Source of the DNA: an uncultured delta proteobacterium
Lineage (GTDB): Bacteria; Myxococcota; Myxococcia; Myxococcales; Anaeromyxobacteraceae
DNA length: 64,000 bases
Assembly: GCA_963845515.1 (NCBI GenBank)
Contig: CAWJSR010000028.1
Location: 160,001-224,000, forward strand
Direction: 5' to 3'
The notes beneath the pieces are model-generated. The model made no database searches, was not told the origin of the DNA, and was given only the letters and a program-made list of their open reading frames with translations. This document shows positions 8,201 through 18,699 of this stretch, in pieces. A program made the position numbers and the translations under genes. Positions within the stretch are counted from its first letter, which is position 1. Each line of letters begins with the position of its first letter.

Positions 8201-8302
8201 GGGGCTACATTGTGCAGTGGTTCGCCAAGCCCTCGTCATCCCGCGATCGGGACGGATCGGCAGCTCGCTACCATCGCTGCAACTCAGCCATCCGCACAGC
8301 GC

Positions 8303-9610
8303 ATGCACGCGAACACGGGATTCAGACTGCCGCATCTTTGCCTGCCGCGGCCGGGCATCGACCTGGCGAAGTGGGCGGTCATCGCCTGTGATCAGTACAC
8401 CGCCGAACCCGAGTATTGGCAGCGGGTCGCGCATGAGGTCGGCGACGCGCCGTCGACGCTGCAGCTGATATTTCCGGAGGTCTACCTGGGCGCAGCCGAC
8501 GCGCCGCAGCGCATCGCACGCATCCAGGAAACGATGCGGCGCTACCTGGCCGAAGGCCAGCTGGTCGAGCACGACGGCGCAGTGCTGGTCGAGCGGCGCA
8601 TCGGCCGGCATCTGCGCCGCGGCCTGATGCTGGAACTGGACCTGGAGCACTACGACTTCAGCCCCAGCTCCACCAGCCTGATCCGACCCACCGAAGGCAC
8701 CATCGTCGAACGCCTGGCGCCGCGCATCGAGGTGCGCCGCGGCGCCGAGCTGGAGCTGCCGCACATCCTGGTGCTGATCGACGACCCGGCCTGCAGCGTC
8801 ATCGAGCCGGTGGCCGCCGAGCGCGACGCGCTGCGCGCGCTGTACGACACCGAGCTGATGGGCGGTGGCGGCCACGTCAGCGGCCATGCGCTCACAGCCG
8901 AACAAGGTGAGCGGATCGTGCGCGCGCTGCAGGCGCTGGCCGAGCCGCGCGCCTTCGAGGCGCGTTATGCCGTGCCAGCGGGCACGCCGCCGATGTTGTT
9001 TGCCGTCGGCGACGGCAACCATTCGCTGGCCACCGCCAAGTCGATCTGGGAGCAGGTCAAGGCCACGGTCGGCCTGCAGCACCCCAGCCGCTGGGCGCTG
9101 GTCGAGGTGGTCAACATCCACGACCCGGCGCTGGCTTTCGAGCCGATCCATCGCCTGCTGTTCGGCGTCAGTGCCGACGTGCGCCAGGCACTGGCCGAGG
9201 AATACGGTCCAAGGCTGCGCTGCATCGACGTGGACAGCGCCGAAGCCATGCGCCAGCGGCTCAAGGGCCAACGCGCAGCACAGGCCTTCGGGCTGATCGG
9301 GCCCGGGGCGCGCTTCAGCGTCATCGAGATCAGCGAGCCACCGTCGTCGCTGGCGGTCGGCACGGTGCAGGCCTTCGTCGATCGCTTCATCGCCCATGGT
9401 GGCGCCAAGGAGGTGGACTACGTGCACGGCGACGATGTGCTCGAGAGGCTGGCGCAGCAGAGCGGCCATGTCGGGCTGCACCTGGACACCGTGGGCAAGA
9501 GCGAACTGCTGAAGCGCGTGGTGCTCGAAGGCCCGCTGCCGCGCAAGACCTTCTCGATGGGCGAAGCGCACGAGAAGCGCTTCTACATCGAGGCGCGGCG
9601 CATCCGCTAG
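8303..9610 (+). CDS. DUF1015 family protein
   Basis: KWAVIACDQYT, IRPTEGTIVERL, FAVGDGNHSLATAK and LPRKTFSMGEAHEKRFYIEARRI. Confidence 0.85.
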   Translation: MHANTGFRLPHLCLPRPGIDLAKWAVIACDQYTAEPEYWQRVAHEVGDAPSTLQLIFPEVYLGAADAPQRIARIQETMRRYLAEGQLVEHDGAVLVERRIGRHLRRGLMLELDLEHYDFSPSSTSLIRPTEGTIVERLAPRIEVRRGAELELPHILVLIDDPACSVIEPVAAERDALRALYDTELMGGGGHVSGHALTAEQGERIVRALQALAEPRAFEARYAVPAGTPPMLFAVGDGNHSLATAKSIWEQVKATVGLQHPSRWALVEVVNIHDPALAFEPIHRLLFGVSADVRQALAEEYGPRLRCIDVDSAEAMRQRLKGQRAAQAFGLIGPGARFSVIEISEPPSSLAVGTVQAFVDRFIAHGGAKEVDYVHGDDVLERLAQQSGHVGLHLDTVGKSELLKRVVLEGPLPRKTFSMGEAHEKRFYIEARRIR

Positions 9611-9679
9611 GCCGCCTGCGGGCGGCGCAATGCCGCCCGCCACACGAAGGATTTGGCCGTCCACGCAAAATTCCGCGCC

Positions 9680-10696
9680 ATGGATTCGTTGTCACAACTG
9701 GCGCTGGGCGCCGCCGTCGGGGTGGCCGTCATGGGCCGGCGCACTGCCGTGTGGAAAGCCGCGCTGTGGGGCGGCGTGGCCGGCACGCTGCCCGACCTGG
9801 ACGTGTTGATCGACCACGGCGACCCGATCCGCAACATGGTGCTGCACCGTGCCGAAACACACGCATTGTTCTGGCTGACACTGTTCTCGCTGCCTTTTGC
9901 CGCGGCGGTGGCGCGGCTGCACGGCGAATGGGCGCTGTGGCGGCGCTGGTGGCTGGCGCTGTGGCTGGCGCTGGTGACGCACCCGCTGCTGGACGCGATG
10001 ACGGTGTACGGCACGCAACTCGCGCTGCCGTTCTCGAATCACCCCTTCGCGGTGGGCAGCGTGGCCATCATCGACCCGCTGTACACCTTGCCGCTGCTGT
10101 TCGGCGCCGGGTGGGCACTGGCCTCGCGTGGCAGCCGCCTGGGCCTGAAGGCCAACGTGGCCGGGCTGGTGCTCAGCACCGCCTACCTGGGCTGGGGCTT
10201 CGCCGCGCAGCAGCACGTGGAGCGCATTGCGCTTGCGTCGCTGGCATCACAGGACATCGCGGCCAAACGGGTGCTGGTGATGCCGACGGTCTTCAACTCG
10301 CTGCTGTGGCGCGTGCTCGTCGTAGACGATGACGATTCGAAATACCGCGAGGGCTTCTACTCGCTGTTCGATGCCGAGCCGCAGGTGCACTTCGACGCCT
10401 TCGACCGTGGTGCTGTGCTGGCCGCCGAGCTGAAAGGCATCGACGGCGTGCAACGCATTGCAGCTTTCAGCAAGGGCTTCTTCAAGCTGCAGGACGACGG
10501 TGGGCGCGTGCTGCTGAGCGACCTGCGCATGGGCCAGGAGCCGGCCTACCTGTTCACCTTCGCGGTGGCCGAAAGGCACAGCCCGCCCGTCGCGCTGGAC
10601 AAGCCCGTGCAGGTCGGCCGCCGCCCGGATATCGAACGCGGCCTGCCCTGGTTGTGGCAGCGCATGTGGGGCAACCTGCTGCCACCGCCGCGCTGA
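9680..10696 (+). CDS. Inner-membrane metal-dependent hydrolase (YdjM/LexA-binding family)
   Basis: MDSLSQLALGA, LPDLDV, HRAETH, THPLLDAMTVYGT, IIDPLYTLPL. Confidence 0.85.
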   Translation: MDSLSQLALGAAVGVAVMGRRTAVWKAALWGGVAGTLPDLDVLIDHGDPIRNMVLHRAETHALFWLTLFSLPFAAAVARLHGEWALWRRWWLALWLALVTHPLLDAMTVYGTQLALPFSNHPFAVGSVAIIDPLYTLPLLFGAGWALASRGSRLGLKANVAGLVLSTAYLGWGFAAQQHVERIALASLASQDIAAKRVLVMPTVFNSLLWRVLVVDDDDSKYREGFYSLFDAEPQVHFDAFDRGAVLAAELKGIDGVQRIAAFSKGFFKLQDDGGRVLLSDLRMGQEPAYLFTFAVAERHSPPVALDKPVQVGRRPDIERGLPWLWQRMWGNLLPPPR

Positions 10697-10703
10697 CCGC
10701 CGC

Positions 10704-11429
10704 CTACGGCACGTACATGTAGCCGGCGTTGCGCACCGTGCGGATGCAGCGCGGCTCGCCCTGCGGGTCGGGCTCGACCTTGCGTCGCAGCCGGCCGATG
10801 CGGATGTCGATCGAGCGGTCGAACGGCTCCCACTCGCGGTTGCGCGTGTGCATCAGCAGCTGGTCGCGGGACAGCACGCGGTTCGGGTTGGCCAGGAACA
10901 CGCGGATCAGCTCGAACTCCATCGCCGTCATCGGCTGCTCGGTGCCGTCGGCGTCGAACAGGCGGCGCGAGTCCAGGTCGATCTGGCAGCGGCCGAAGGC
11001 GCGCTGCTGCGTGGCGGCCGGCGCGGGTGCGGCAGCGGCGGCTTCGGCCGGCGGGCGCGCCTGCAGCCGGCGCAGCACGCTCTTCACCCTTGCCAGCAGC
11101 TCACGCGGGTCGAAGGGCTTGGCGATGTAGTCGTCGGCACCGAGCTCCAGGCCGACGACCCGGTCGATGACGTCGGCCGAGGCCGTGACCATGATGATGC
11201 CCAGGTCGTAGTGCTCGCGCAGGTACCTGGCCAGCGTCAGCCCGTCTTCGCCCGGAAGGCGCAGGTCCAGCAGCACGGCGTCGGGCAGCTCGCGCTCCAG
11301 GCATTCGCGCATCTGCGCGCCGCTGCCGGCTTCGGCCACGGCGAACGCATGGTCCTCGAGATACTCGCGAAGCATGGCGCGCACGGAAGGATCGTCGTCG
11401 ACGACAAGCAGGCGGGTGCGCGTTTCCAT
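10704..11429 (-). CDS. OmpR/PhoB-family DNA-binding response regulator (no adjacent kinase)
   Basis: VVDDD, LLDLRLPGEDG, GADDYIAKPF; wHTH DRSIDIRIGRLRRKVE...TVRNAGY. Confidence 0.95.
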   Translation of the reverse strand: METRTRLLVVDDDPSVRAMLREYLEDHAFAVAEAGSGAQMRECLERELPDAVLLDLRLPGEDGLTLARYLREHYDLGIIMVTASADVIDRVVGLELGADDYIAKPFDPRELLARVKSVLRRLQARPPAEAAAAAPAPAATQQRAFGRCQIDLDSRRLFDADGTEQPMTAMEFELIRVFLANPNRVLSRDQLLMHTRNREWEPFDRSIDIRIGRLRRKVEPDPQGEPRCIRTVRNAGYMYVP

Positions 11430-11470
11430 GCGGCCATTCTGCCGCGCGCTAGGCCGCTGCGGTAGCCCCG

Positions 11471-11601
11471 GATACACCGCCGCGACAAAGCGGGCGTGCG
11501 CGTGCGGTGGCGGATACGCGGCGGTTGCATCGGCGCGCGCGATCGCAGCGCCGCGACAACCCGACTACACACCCGCGGCGGTGCGACGCATCGCCGATAC
11601 C
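11471..11601 (+). promoter_or_regulatory. Four pairs of 11-bp-spaced GATAC-like half-sites (candidate OmpR-family operator, site 1)
   Basis: Pairs at 11471/11482, 11513/11524, 11553/11564 and 11585/11596; the last reads GACGCA-tcgcc-GATACC. Confidence 0.65.
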
Positions 11602-11731
11602 CGCGCTGCCCAGACTGCCCCCCATGCCACGACGCCAGCGAACCCGCTGCAGCGCGGCAAGGGGCCCAGGCCCCGCGCGATGGCCCGGCAAACGACCAGG
11701 CCACCCCCCAACCCTTGACAGGAGTCTTCAC

Positions 11732-12704
11732 ATGATCACGAGCACCCCCCACACCGAGCGCTACGCCAAGGTCATCGAAGTGTCCAAGCGCGTGCGCTGG
11801 GAAATCGACCGCGACGTCATCCGCGGCCGCAGCTTCGACTACGGCAAGACCTTCCTGCCCGCGGGTCTGTCGCTGGTCGACGAGCTGGCCTTCCTGAACA
11901 CCGCCGACCAGCGCCTGCTGAGCCAGGTGCAGGGCCGCACCTATGCCTACATCTTCGGCCTGGTCGAGCGCTTCATCGCCGCCAAGGTGATGGAGGTGAG
12001 CCGCGCCACATGCGCTGGCGACCAGGTGGCGCTGGAAGCGCTGGTGCGCATGACCGACGAGGAACTGAAGCACCAGGCGCTGTTCCGCCGCCTCGAAACC
12101 ATGATGGCCGCCGACATGCCGGCAGGCTACGTGATGACCGCCGATGCCAATGCCGTGGCCGCAGGCCGTGCTGGCGCATGAGCCACCTGGGCGGTGCTGG
12201 CGCTGACGCTGGACATCGAGCTGTTCACGCAGGCGCACTACCGCGCCAGCATCGAACCCGACGTCAACCTGTCGCCGCTGTGGAAGGACGTGTTCCTGTT
12301 CCACTGGCGCGAGGAGTCGCAGCACGCCATCCTGGACGAGATCGAGCTGATCGCGGAAGACGCCAAGCTGAGCACGGCGCAGCGCGACGCCGCGGTCGAC
12401 GACCTGATCGCACTGGTCGGCGCGGTGGACGGCATCCTGCAGGCGCAGGCCGCGGCCGATGCCGCTTACTTCATCGGCATCGTCGGCACGCGCCTTCAGC
12501 GATGGACAGAAGCAGCAGATCCACGACACGGTGCTGAAGGCCTACCGCTGGCAGTACATCGTCTCCGGCGTGATGGAAGCGCGCTTCCAGAAGGTGCTGT
12601 TCGCGCTGGTTGACGAGGCGCAGGGCGCGCGCATCCAGGCGGCGCTGGCACCGCTGAGCTACGCCGTGCCGCAGCAGAAGGCGCCGCTGCCGATGGCCGC
12701 CTGA
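11732..12704 (+). CDS. Ferritin-like diiron oxygenase (AurF/CmlI-like), split by indels near 12165-12185 and 12490
   Basis: GGAG SD. Motifs LVERFI, DEELKH, DIELFTQAHY and EESQHAILD give two ExxH units, with similarity continuing across three frames. Confidence 0.75.
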
Positions 12705-12762
12705 ACCCCAGGGCCGGGCCGCGCACCGGCCGGCCCGCCCTCACCCCAACGGGAGAAACACC

Positions 12763-13017
12763 ATGAGCACTTCGGTCCAGACCCTTCATGCCCCCACCGC
12801 ATTGCAGCGCTTCGTCCATGGCCTGGTCGCTGCATTGCGTTCCACCGCCGCCGCCTGGCAGCGCATCCGCCGGCGTCGCGCCATGCTGCGCGAGCTGGAG
12901 TCGCTGGATGACCACATGCTGCGCGACATCGGCGTGCACCGCAGCGAAGTGTCGTCGCTGGTCGCCGAGCTGATTGGCGCCGCGCCGGCCACGCGCCGCG
13001 CGGCGATGTGGCCCTGA
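12763..13017 (+). CDS. DUF1127 small protein
   Basis: RRRRAMLRELESLDDHMLRDIGVHRSEV; GGAG SD. Confidence 0.9.
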   Translation: MSTSVQTLHAPTALQRFVHGLVAALRSTAAAWQRIRRRRAMLRELESLDDHMLRDIGVHRSEVSSLVAELIGAAPATRRAAMWP

Positions 13018-13053
13018 GGCTCGATCCTGCGGCCTGGGTCCGCAATGGACCCG

Positions 13054-13419
13054 CTATCGACCCGGCCCAGCTCGGCCGGGGTGGCGGTCATGGCGATTCG
13101 GGATGCCATCGCCATCACGGTCCCACCGTGGGTTGTAGAGCCGGTCGTGGCGGTTGGGGATGCCGTCGCCGTCGCGGTCCCAGCGGGTCATTCGCAGGTC
13201 CGCCCGTCGCGCATGCACTGCCGCGGGCGGTGCCCATACCCTGGCACCCGGCCGGTAGACCGGCAAGGGCTGCACGACCACCGGGACAGGCCGGGTGTAG
13301 ACCGGCGTGCCGATCACGATGGACCACTGCAAGTCCGCATTGCCTGCCTGCGCCGCACCGCCACCCAGCGCGCCGACCAAGGCCAGGGTGGCGGCGATCA
13401 ACATCCTGCTCCTGCTCAT
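13054..13419 (-). CDS. Small exported protein with two DRDGDGIPNRHD (TSP3-like, Ca-binding) repeats
   Basis: Signal peptide ending AAQA, Pro/Val-rich segment, and RWDRDGDGIPNRHDR twice. Confidence 0.75.
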   Translation of the reverse strand: MSRSRMLIAATLALVGALGGGAAQAGNADLQWSIVIGTPVYTRPVPVVVQPLPVYRPGARVWAPPAAVHARRADLRMTRWDRDGDGIPNRHDRLYNPRWDRDGDGIPNRHDRHPGRAGPGR

Positions 13420-13507
13420 GCAACTCTCCGTGGACCCGGCCTTCATCGGCCGTGGCTGCACAACGGGCGGATGCATCGCCGCGCTGACTGCAAATCTTTG
13501 CGCCCGT

Positions 13508-13522
13508 GTGAAGCCATGTAAA
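13508..13522. promoter_or_regulatory. CpxR-like box GTGAA-N5-GTAAA
   Basis: One mismatch to GTAAA-N5-GTAAA, about 90 bp upstream of the exported repeat protein. Confidence 0.4.
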
Positions 13523-13534
13523 GCCGACCGGCAA

Positions 13535-14527
13535 TCACCCGATCACCCGATCGGCCTGCAGCCGCAGGTCCTGCGGAAAGCTCAGGCGCAACGCCTGCGC
13601 CGTCTTCAGGTTGAGCACCAGTTCGAAGCGCGTCGGTTGTTCGACCGGCAGCGTGGCGGGGTCGGCGCCCTTCAGCAGCCGATCGACGTGGCGGGCGCTC
13701 TGCCTCGCACTGTCACCCAGGTTCTCGCCATAGCTCATCAGGCCGCCTGACTCGGCGAACTCGCTCGCGCCAAACAGCGCCGGCAGCCGGTACTGCGCCG
13801 CCAGCGCCACGAGTTGAGCACGGTTGATGACGCTGATCGGATCGTCGGGCAACATGAACACGCCGCGGGCGCCGGCCGCTGACAGCCGCGCAAAGGCGCC
13901 CGGCAGATCCTCGCCATGCGGATTCTCGGCGCTGCGCAGCTCGACACGGCGTACGTCCACCTTCAGCGCCATCGCGGCCTGGGCCGCCTCGCGCCACAGC
14001 GGCTCGTGCGCGATGTTGTTGACGTTGACCAGAACGGCAATGGGCTCGGCGCGCGGCGCCGCGCGCCGGTACAGGCTCAGCATCTTCGCCACGATCTCGT
14101 TCGACTGGCTGGACCGGCCGGTGATGTTGGTGCCGGGCTGGGCCAGCGACTTGACGAAGGCCGAGCCCACCGGGTCGGCCACCGCGACCATGACGATGGG
14201 GATGCGCTGCGTCGCGCTGCGCGCGGCCCGCGTCGACGGCGTGCAGGTGGTCACGATGACATCGAAGTCGCGCGCAACAAAGTCCTGGGCAAAGCCCGGC
14301 AAGCGGCTCACCTGGCTGTCGGCATAGCGCCGCTCCAGCAGCAGGTTGCGTCCTTCCACGTAGCCGAGTTCGTTGAGCCCTTGCGCCAACTGTCGATCGA
14401 CGTCGTCGCGCTGCTCGGACGAGCCCAGCACGAGCACGCCCACCCGGGCGGGCGAGCCGCCCTGTGCCAGCGCCGGGCGCAGGGCCAGGGCCGCGGCCAG
14501 GCCCGCGAACCTCCGGCGTGTCAGCAT
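13535..14527 (-). CDS. ABC transporter substrate-binding protein (Trp/Tyr-like family), no cognate permease nearby
   Basis: Tat-like MLTRRRF signal; LGYVEGRNL, DPVGSAFVKSLAQPGTNITG, LPVEQPTRFELVLNLKTA. Confidence 0.85.
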   Translation of the reverse strand: MLTRRRFAGLAAALALRPALAQGGSPARVGVLVLGSSEQRDDVDRQLAQGLNELGYVEGRNLLLERRYADSQVSRLPGFAQDFVARDFDVIVTTCTPSTRAARSATQRIPIVMVAVADPVGSAFVKSLAQPGTNITGRSSQSNEIVAKMLSLYRRAAPRAEPIAVLVNVNNIAHEPLWREAAQAAMALKVDVRRVELRSAENPHGEDLPGAFARLSAAGARGVFMLPDDPISVINRAQLVALAAQYRLPALFGASEFAESGGLMSYGENLGDSARQSARHVDRLLKGADPATLPVEQPTRFELVLNLKTAQALRLSFPQDLRLQADRVIG

Positions 14528-15333
14528 GTCACGCGCAACGTCTGCTCGAACGCCACCAGGTCTTCGGCAAAGCGGCGCGGCTGCTCCCAGTGCAGCGCAT
14601 GGCCGACACCGGTGTAGACCACCCGTGTGGCCCGCGGCAGTTGCCGCTGCAGCCGCTGCTGGTCCGACTCCGGCGAGAAGACATCGGCATCGCCCCAGGG
14701 CAGCAGCACCGGCACCTCGATCTTGTGCAGCTCGGTGCTGAAGTCGTCGTCCAGCAGCGCAGCAAAGGCACCGCGCCAGGTGGCCGCCGGCGTGCGCAGG
14801 CACTCGTCGACCATCGTCTCCAACAACCCCGGCGCCACCGGGCCGGCCAGGGTGTCGCGCTGGAAGGACTTGGCCAGCTCGCGCGGCACCTGCTCGCCCA
14901 GCGTCAGCATCTGGCCCTGGACGAAATCGACCAGTTCCGGCTTGTCGGAGAAGCTGGCGAAGCCGCCCGCGGCGACCACGCCGCGAACCACGGCCGGGTG
15001 GTCGATGGCCAAACGCATCGCGTTGACCGCGCCCATCGAGTGGCCGACCACCAGCACCGGCGGCAGCCCCAGCGTCCCGATCAGCGCGGCAGCGTCGGCC
15101 GCGAAGTCGCGCGTGCGGTAGGTGGCGGCTGTGGACGAGCCGCCGTGGCCGCGCTGCGTCATCGAGATCACGTGCCAGTCCGGCGGCAGCCAGGGCAGCA
15201 CCGGCTCGAACGAGCGCCAGGTGTCGGTGATGCCGTGCAGCAGCAGCAGCGATGGTCCGCCACGCCGGCCCTGCTCGGCGTATTCGATGCTCAGGCCGTT
15301 GGGCAGTCGGGCGTGGTGCAAGGTGGTTGGCAT
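14521..15333 (-). CDS. Alpha/beta-fold hydrolase
   Basis: LLLHG, GHSMG nucleophile elbow, WGDAD and GHALHWE. Confidence 0.9.
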   Translation of the reverse strand: MPTTLHHARLPNGLSIEYAEQGRRGGPSLLLLHGITDTWRSFEPVLPWLPPDWHVISMTQRGHGGSSTAATYRTRDFAADAAALIGTLGLPPVLVVGHSMGAVNAMRLAIDHPAVVRGVVAAGGFASFSDKPELVDFVQGQMLTLGEQVPRELAKSFQRDTLAGPVAPGLLETMVDECLRTPAATWRGAFAALLDDDFSTELHKIEVPVLLPWGDADVFSPESDQQRLQRQLPRATRVVYTGVGHALHWEQPRRFAEDLVAFEQTLRVTC

Positions 15334-15347
15334 GAGAGGCTCCCGGT

Positions 15348-16625
15348 TCAAGTGCGGACGAAGGCCCGTTCGCGACGCAGCGCGTCGGCCAGCGGGGTGT
15401 CGCCGGCGCGTTCGGCGGCGGCGATCAGCGTCAGGTCCATCACGTCGCGCTGCGCGTGGCTGCCGCCGAAGCGGGCCGCGTCGCGGCGCACGCGGCGCAG
15501 CGCTTCAGCGGCCTCGGCATGGCGGCCCAGTGCGAACTGGTGGATCGCCTGCGTCGCGCCCAGGCCGACATCCTTCAGGAAGCCGACGTTGTCGTCGCCG
15601 GCGCCCAGCGCCTGCTGCTGCGCGTCGAGCAGCCGCGCGGCATCGCCGCATGCGGTCGGCGCCGACGAAGGCCATCATCGCGTGCAGGTCGTTGAAGGCG
15701 TAGTTGCTGGCGCCGCCGACGGCTGCCCAGCGCGCGGCCAGCGCGTCCCAGCGGTCGCCGACATTCGACGCCGCGCAACTGCAGCCGCCACAGCAGCGCC
15801 GACGCGTCGACCATGTCCAGCACCACCGGCGAGGCGCTGCCCAGCATCGCGCTCGTCGAGCAGCGCCATCACCTCGTCGATCTGGTCCAGCCCCAGGTGG
15901 AACAGCGCCAGGTGCCACCAGTTGTGGACGGCGAAGAAGCTGCCCTCGCTCCAGGCCGGCTGGTCCTGCGTCATCCAGACGATGCCGTCGCGGCGCCGGT
16001 CCTGCATCTCCAGCACGTGGGCCACCGCGTGCCAGCCCCAGCCGTCGCGCGGCTCGAGCTCGACGCTGCGCCGGCCGAACTTCTCGGCCCGCGCGTAGTC
16101 GGCCGTCTCCTCCAGGCCGAAGGCCAGCATGCCCAGCACCGCGTGATGGCCCGGCATGCCGGAGCGCCAGTGCGGCATCGGCGCGCGCGATGCGGTCGCG
16201 CAGCATGCGCGAGTGGCCGGTGAAGAAGTCGATCTGGTGGCCGACCTGCAGCGCCAGCAGGTCGTGCGGGTGGCGCGATGCTCAGGTCTTCCAGGATGCG
16301 GCCGGCGCGCGTGCCACTGGCCGTGGGCCAACGCGCCGGCCGCGGCGACGTGCACGGCCTCGCGCTCGGTGGCCGGGCAGCGCGCGGCAGCCGCATGGGC
16401 CTCGCGCGCGGCCGGCAGGCCGGCCGGCTCGGTGCCCAGCAGGTTCAGGTAGGCCACCAGCACATGCGCCATCGTCATGTCGGGTGCGCGCGCCAGCGCG
16501 GCCTGGGCCTCGGCCAGCGGGTCATTGAGGTAGCAGCGCAGCAGCGCGCAGGCGGTGTCGTAGTGTTCGGTGGCCTGGGCATCGGCGCCGCTGAGCGGAT
16601 GGCCGTGCATGTCCTTGATGGTCAT
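15348..16625 (-). CDS. TTC38-like TPR protein (several indels)
   Basis: MTIKDMHGHPLSGA, MLRDRIAR, GMLAFGLEE, WHAVAHVLEMQ, HNWWHLAL, DASALLWRL and FGGSHAQRDV, spread over several frames. Confidence 0.8.
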
Positions 16626-16732
16626 GGCGAGTCCTCGTGAAGCTTCGGGTGGAGTCAGTGTGGCTGGCGGGTGTCTGCTGGGCGTGCCCCCGTGCAGCCG
16701 CGTCCATGCCGGGCTGCAGTCTGTGCAGGAGC

Positions 16733-16782
16733 GGTATCGGTCGTTTGTCAGCGTGGCACGGGTTTGTATCGGCAACGTATTC
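16733..16782 (-). promoter_or_regulatory. Two pairs of 11-bp-spaced GATAC-like half-sites (candidate operator, site 2)
   Basis: Minus strand: AATACG-ttgcc-GATACA (16781/16770) and GACAAA-cgacc-GATACC (16749/16738). Confidence 0.65.
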
Positions 16783-16869
16783 GCCGCTTTCCGCCGCGCC
16801 CGGCCGCAACACTTTCACCAAGGCCTGCAAAAGTCAAATCGACGGCACTGGCGCAAAATCGCCACTGCC

Positions 16870-17580
16870 ATGGACCCGATGAATTCGTCCCACGCCGATA
16901 CAGCGATTTCCGTGCGCGCCTACCGCGGCGAATACGGAACGCATCGCCACGCGCATGCCCAGGTGTTGGTCGGCTTCAGAGGCAGCCTGCAGCTGGAAGT
17001 GGAGGGTCGCCCCGCATTTGTCGATCCGTCCTGCGGGCTGGTCATTCCCGCCGGCGCCGGGCACGGCTACCTGGCCGAGACGCCCGCGGAAGTGATGGTG
17101 CTGGACTGCGATGCCGCCAGGGCCACCGAGCGCCTGCGGCGTTTTGCGCTGCCGTCGCGGTGGCCGTCGGAAGCGGCTGCATGGACTGCCGAGCGGCTGC
17201 TGCTCGAGCTGCTCGGCGCGCCGACCTTGCAGACGCGCCGGCGCCTCGACCTGGCGGCGCTGGCCCAGCGCGTCGATGCCGAACTGCATCGTGACTGGAC
17301 GGTGGCGGCGCTGGCGAATCTCTGCCGATTCAGCCCGCAGCGCTTTCGCGCCCGCTTCGCCGAACTGACCGGCCTGTCGCCGCTGGCCTGGGTGCGGCAG
17401 CGCCGTCTCGACGAAGCCCAGCGCCAGCTCCGTGCGGGCTTGCCGCTGGACACGGTCGCCCTGCAGGTCGGCTATGCCAGCGCCAGCGCGCTGTGCTTTG
17501 CGCTGCGCCGCGAGCGCGGCATCGGCGCACGACAGCTGCGTGCGCGGGCCGACCCAGTTCGAGCGTCTCTCGACATTTGA
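16870..17580 (+). CDS. AraC-family transcriptional regulator
   Basis: Cupin HRHAHAQ; WTVAALANLCRFSPQRFRARF...VALQVGYASASAL. Confidence 0.9.
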   Translation: MDPMNSSHADTAISVRAYRGEYGTHRHAHAQVLVGFRGSLQLEVEGRPAFVDPSCGLVIPAGAGHGYLAETPAEVMVLDCDAARATERLRRFALPSRWPSEAAAWTAERLLLELLGAPTLQTRRRLDLAALAQRVDAELHRDWTVAALANLCRFSPQRFRARFAELTGLSPLAWVRQRRLDEAQRQLRAGLPLDTVALQVGYASASALCFALRRERGIGARQLRARADPVRASLDI

Positions 17581-17609
17581 TCGCCGCGGCGGGGTCGATG
17601 ATCCCGCCG

Positions 17610-18599
17610 ATGAACCCGAACCCCCTCCTCGGTGTGCTTTTGGTCCTCGGCGCGGCGACGCTGTGGGGCACGACCGGCACCGCACGATCGCTGGCGGACG
17701 GGTCGCTCTCGGCCTACTGGTTCGGCGCATTGCGGCTGGCGACGGCGAGTGCGTTCTTCGCCATGTGCGCGGCCGCGTCACGGCCACCGACCGGTGCGCC
17801 TTCGCCGGGCAAGCCGGCCACGCGCCACGTGTTGGGTGCCGGCCTGTGCATGGCCGTCTACAACCTGGCCTTCTTCGCCGGCATCGGCAAGATCGGCGTG
17901 GCGCTCGGCACCGCCCTTGCGCTGGGCAGCGGCCCCATCTGGGCCGGTCTGCTGCAGGCGGCGCTGCATCGGCAACGGCCGTCAGCGGCCTGGTGGATGG
18001 GCACCCTGGTCGCCGTGGGTGGCGGCGTGCTGATGACGCTGGGCGGTGCCCGGCAGGCGGCGGGCGTTGATGCCGTCGGCATCCTGCTGTGCCTGCTGTC
18101 GGGCTTGTCGTATGCCGCCTACACGCTGCTCAACGAGCGCATGGCGCATGCCGCAGCGGCTTCGACGATCACCCTAGGGGCGTTCAGCGTCGCCGCCGCG
18201 GTTGCGTTGCCGGTGGCGTGGTGGACGACAGGCGCCCCCACCTTCACGGGCGCCGACCTGGCCGCGGTGGCCTACACCGGTGTTGTCACCGCGGGCCTGC
18301 CGTACCTGCTCTTCAGCCACGCCCTGCGCCACATCACGCCCGCCACGGGCGTGACCCTGGCCTTGGGCGAGCCGGTGGTCGCATTCGCGCTGTCGGTCGC
18401 GGTGCTGGGGGACAGGCCGACGGCACTGGCCTACCTCGGACTGCTGCTCGTGGTCTTCGGCGTGCTGGGCGTCGTGCGGCAGGAGCTGGCAAGCCAGCGG
18501 TCATCGACCGGATCGCGGACGGCTGTATCGCCGAGGCACGGGCCGAGTGGCAAAACCTCGCGGGCTTTGAGGCAGCCTGGCCACCACGGTGCGGCCTGA
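17610..18599 (+). CDS. EamA/DMT family transporter
   Basis: Ten hydrophobic segments; AATLWGTTG, LALGEPVVA. Confidence 0.9.
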   Translation: MNPNPLLGVLLVLGAATLWGTTGTARSLADGSLSAYWFGALRLATASAFFAMCAAASRPPTGAPSPGKPATRHVLGAGLCMAVYNLAFFAGIGKIGVALGTALALGSGPIWAGLLQAALHRQRPSAAWWMGTLVAVGGGVLMTLGGARQAAGVDAVGILLCLLSGLSYAAYTLLNERMAHAAAASTITLGAFSVAAAVALPVAWWTTGAPTFTGADLAAVAYTGVVTAGLPYLLFSHALRHITPATGVTLALGEPVVAFALSVAVLGDRPTALAYLGLLLVVFGVLGVVRQELASQRSSTGSRTAVSPRHGPSGKTSRALRQPGHHGAA

Positions 18600-18699
18600 A
18601 CATGCTCGGCAATCCCATCGTGTCGTCTCGGCGTGGCCTCAAACGACTTCGCGTTCAAAATCATAAAAGTTGGTTGCCCGGTTCATCGCCTGCAAGCGG

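Noticed and set aside
16896..16936. Extra GATACA/GAATACG words at the start of the AraC gene
   Set aside because: They lie inside coding sequence and lack an 11-bp partner, so they were not counted as operator sites.
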